NCBI RefSeq assembly: GCF_009834535.1
Contig: NC_045720.1
Coordinates: forward strand, 992,001 to 1,056,000
Length of the DNA: 64,000 nucleotides
Direction of reading: 5' to 3'
From: Camelus ferus
Lineage: Eukaryota
Shown: piece after piece, positions 61,124 to 64,000 of the stretch
How the letters are laid out: each line of letters opens with the position of its first letter
How positions within the stretch are numbered: position 1 is the first letter of the stretch
Position numbers and translations under genes: made by a program
Notes under the pieces: model-generated
What the model was told of the DNA's origin: nothing
The model's input: the letters and a program-made list of their open reading frames with translations, nothing else
Database searches by the model: none

Positions 61124-62124
61124 GTGCGTACCGCAGGCCGCCGCCCCCCCTCCCCGCGCCCCTGCTCCTCCCCCGCGCTGCTGACTACTTTGGCCTCTTG
61201 GAGCAGTTAGCGTAGGGTGTGCAGGGCTGTGTTCCCACACCGCCAGAGAAGATGTTCTTCCTCTTGTGTCCTTGCTGAGCTGGCTGGCGGTCACCTGGGA
61301 TGCCCCACCTTGCCTTGGCCACTCCTGTGGGGCCAGTGTGGGCCCCCTCATCCTGCAGGGTGCACCCCAAGGCACAGACCCGGAGACCTCTTGCTTTGGG
61401 CTTGCTCTCCCGGCTCAGGAACGCAGGAGAGGGTGGCACATGCCATGGTTCAGAGAGTTGCCCCCGTTCCTTGGCCCGTGGCTTCTGACGTCAGTTTCTG
61501 CCACATTTCTGGCTCTTATGTGGACCTTTGTGATGACCCTGGCCTCCCCGGTGGACACCGGGTGATCTCCCTACGCCCAGAGCCTCAGCTTCATCACATC
61601 TGCAAAGTCCCTTTTGCCACGAGGTCACCTTTTTACAGGGTTCGGGGATTGGTATGGGGCCAGGTTTTAGAACCTTCTGCTGGCCACAGCTGGTTCAGGA
61701 GGTCCTGGCTGTAGGTTGGGCAGACCTGGGTGAGTGTCCCCAGGAAGTGGTGCCCAGCAGACCGTGCTCTGTGCTTGGCTCCTGCCTTGTCTTCCATCCA
61801 GCAGCCCCAAGTCCCACCCGCCACCCTCTGCTTTGCTCAACACAGTTCAGGCCAGGCAGACGTGGGATCGAGGTGGCACAAGGTCTTTGCACTCAGGCCA
61901 GGTGCGTCAGGCTCCTGTGCCCAGGAGGCCAGTGCTGGGGGCTCAGCAACTCTGGGGGCTGTGGCCCTGGAGCTTCCTGGGCTGCGGACCTCTTCCCCCA
62001 CCGGGCCTTGGGGCCTTGGCCACTGGGGTCAGTGGCAGGGTCTTGGTCTTTGGGGGAAGCACGTGGGTGCTTGCTTGGGCCTGGGGGCAGGTCTGCTTGG
62101 GCTGCTGTGTGAAGCCCCGCGGAC

Positions 62125-62420
62125 CAGGTGGCAGGAGGAACAGACACTTACCTTCTCGTGATGTGGAGGGTCAGCTTCCGAGATGAAGGTGTGCGGGGGT
62201 TGGTGCCTTCCAAGGCCTCTCTCCTTGGCGTGTAGAAGGCTGTTTTCCTCCTGTGTCTCTGTCACATCTGTGTCCACATTTTTTCTTATGACGACACCAG
62301 TTACGGGATTAGGACCACTTAACGACTCCTCATGATTAATTACTGTTTCCGAGTAAGCCCCCACTCTGAGGCCCTAGTGGTGGGGCCCCCACGTGAACTT
62401 CAGGGGAGCATCATTCAGCT
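62125..62420. mobile_element. MLT1 (ERVL-MaLR) LTR fragment
   Basis: ggcctctctccttggcgtgtag, cttatgacgacaccagtt, gattaggaccac and catcattcagc resemble MLT1. Confidence 0.65.
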
Positions 62421-63934
62421 GCCAAGGAACCCAGGAGGGATGCTGCGGCCCAGCCCCGTGCTTGGACTTGGGTGGGGTGGGGCTCAGCACCTGCCGTCTC
62501 CGGAGGTTCCCACAAACTGCGAGGTGACAGGCACAGGGCTAGAGGCAGGAGTGGAGGGTCCTGGATTCAAAACCTTAGTGTGGGTCTGCCCTTGAGGCTG
62601 CCAGGTGGCTGCCTATTGTATCATGGTCTGCGACTGGACCGGGTGGCCTGGGCCCGCCTCACTGAGCTGCCAGACTTTCTGCCCCGAGTAGCAGTGGGCA
62701 GGGTGGCCCTCAGGCACAGAAGCCATGCAGTGACTACGGGCTTGTGGGCTGGGCAGTGGTGACCCAGTGGCCCCCAGTCCGGTCTCTGCCCCGCCACTTC
62801 CTCTTGGCCTTGCAGCAGGTGGGGCCTTGCCCGGAGCCTGCATCCTCAACCGTCGGTTCCCACTCAGTGCTGTCACCAGGGCTGTGTTGGGAGGTCCCCG
62901 GGGCTGGGCCGACATGCCGGGCAGCAGGCTCCAGCCTGCCGCCAGACCCTGGTGCATTTGCTTGGCAGGTGAGCCTGCTGAGAGGGGTCCGGGCCGGAGC
63001 GTGCAGGCTGGTGGAGCAGGAAGGGTGGTCAGGGCCTTGCAGGGAACAGGTGGTTCTGGATTTCATCCCTGTGCGGTGGGGCTGCTGGAGGGTTTTGGTG
63101 GGAGTGGTATTGGGAGCTGAGTGCTGTGGGAAGCAGGCTGGAGAGGCTGGGTGCTCTGTGGCAGTGGCGAGGGCGGTCAACTGGCAGGTGGATGCTGTTG
63201 GCATTTGCTAACCAGAGTAGGAGGTTATGGGGACAAGTTGGGGATGGACATGTAGGTTGATCTAAAAGGAGGGGAATGGAGTGAGCAGAGCCCACCCCGG
63301 TCCTAGGGCCTGGTCAGCACTGCTTCCCCAGCAGCACGGCGCCACTTGGCCAGCTCTCACGAGATTTCGATGCAGTAGGAGCTGGTGGGTCACAGGAGAC
63401 AGTGTCGGCCTAGTACCGCCCCAGGTCCGTGGGCAGGGAGCCAGGTGCTGTCAGTGTGTCCTCTGTTGGCAGTGGCCTGGGGGTGTGCAGATCAGAGGAG
63501 GAGGCCACATGGCTTGCTCTGTGGCTGCCTGGTGGGTGGGCGGGCCCCAGGCTCAAGGTCTTCACTGTCGTTGGACACTGGAGAAGGGCAGTGGCCATGG
63601 GAAAGGGCCCAGTGACCATGCTTTGTCGTTGGAGCCGTTCCACTGCAGTGTGGTGGTGCTGAGTGGCCTGCTTGTAGGCCCCAGGGGGTAATTTGAGCCA
63701 TGACACCTGGGGGGTGAGCTCCCTGGGCCCCGCTGTTGGGTCAGATGACAGGGCTCCCAGTCAGGGAGGAACCAGAGGAGGCTGGTGGCCAGGCCAGGGT
63801 CCCTGGTCACTCGGAGCTTTTGAGGGAGGCAGGGTGTGGCGCTGGCTGCTGCAAGGTGGCTGCCCCCTGCTCTGGCATGCTCCTTCCTCCTGCTCCCAGT
63901 GGGCCCCTCAACTGCCATCCCCTCCTGTTTCCAG

Positions 63935-63991
63935 CTCAAGGCTGTGCTGCCCAGTCCTCATGAGGCTCTGGGCCAGGCTGACCCAAGGGCT
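63935..63991 (+). pseudogene. EEF1D: Relict 57-nt in-frame EEF1D cassette exon (LKAVLPSPHEALGQADPRA) with a non-functional TT donor
   Basis: Good acceptor cctcctgtttccag; 19 open codons; followed by ttaagt instead of gtaagt. Confidence 0.55.
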
Positions 63992-64000
63992 TTAAGTCCT

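Overview
Mammalian genomic DNA, probably camelid because it carries several copies of a tRNA-derived SINE resembling the camelid Vic-1 type. It is syntenic to human 8q24.3 in reverse orientation. Gene order: ZNF623 (-), a TE-dense interval, an extra 4-exon KRAB-C2H2 gene (+, 342 aa, 5 fingers) that I cannot name, GFUS/TSTA3 (+, 321 aa), PYCR3 (+, 276 aa), TIGD5 (-, with a 300-N gap) and the 5' part of EEF1D (+). The TE-dense interval holds a 6.2-kb class III ERV-S-like provirus with both LTRs, a 5-bp TSD, a tRNA-Ser(CGA) PBS and decayed gag/pro/pol/env, nested in an old L1, plus a separate solo LTR. Leading observations: (1) a +1 frameshift in the EEF1D long-isoform (eEF1BdeltaL) exon, and a relict EEF1D cassette exon with a TT donor; (2) the provirus, including a dUTPase-like relic and a microhomology-bounded RT deletion; (3) the unassigned KRAB-ZNF; (4) loss of N-terminal fingers and a TGATG-overlapping uORF in ZNF623; (5) a U12-type intron in GFUS. 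All comparisons to human proteins and repeat consensuses are from memory; no alignments or searches were run.
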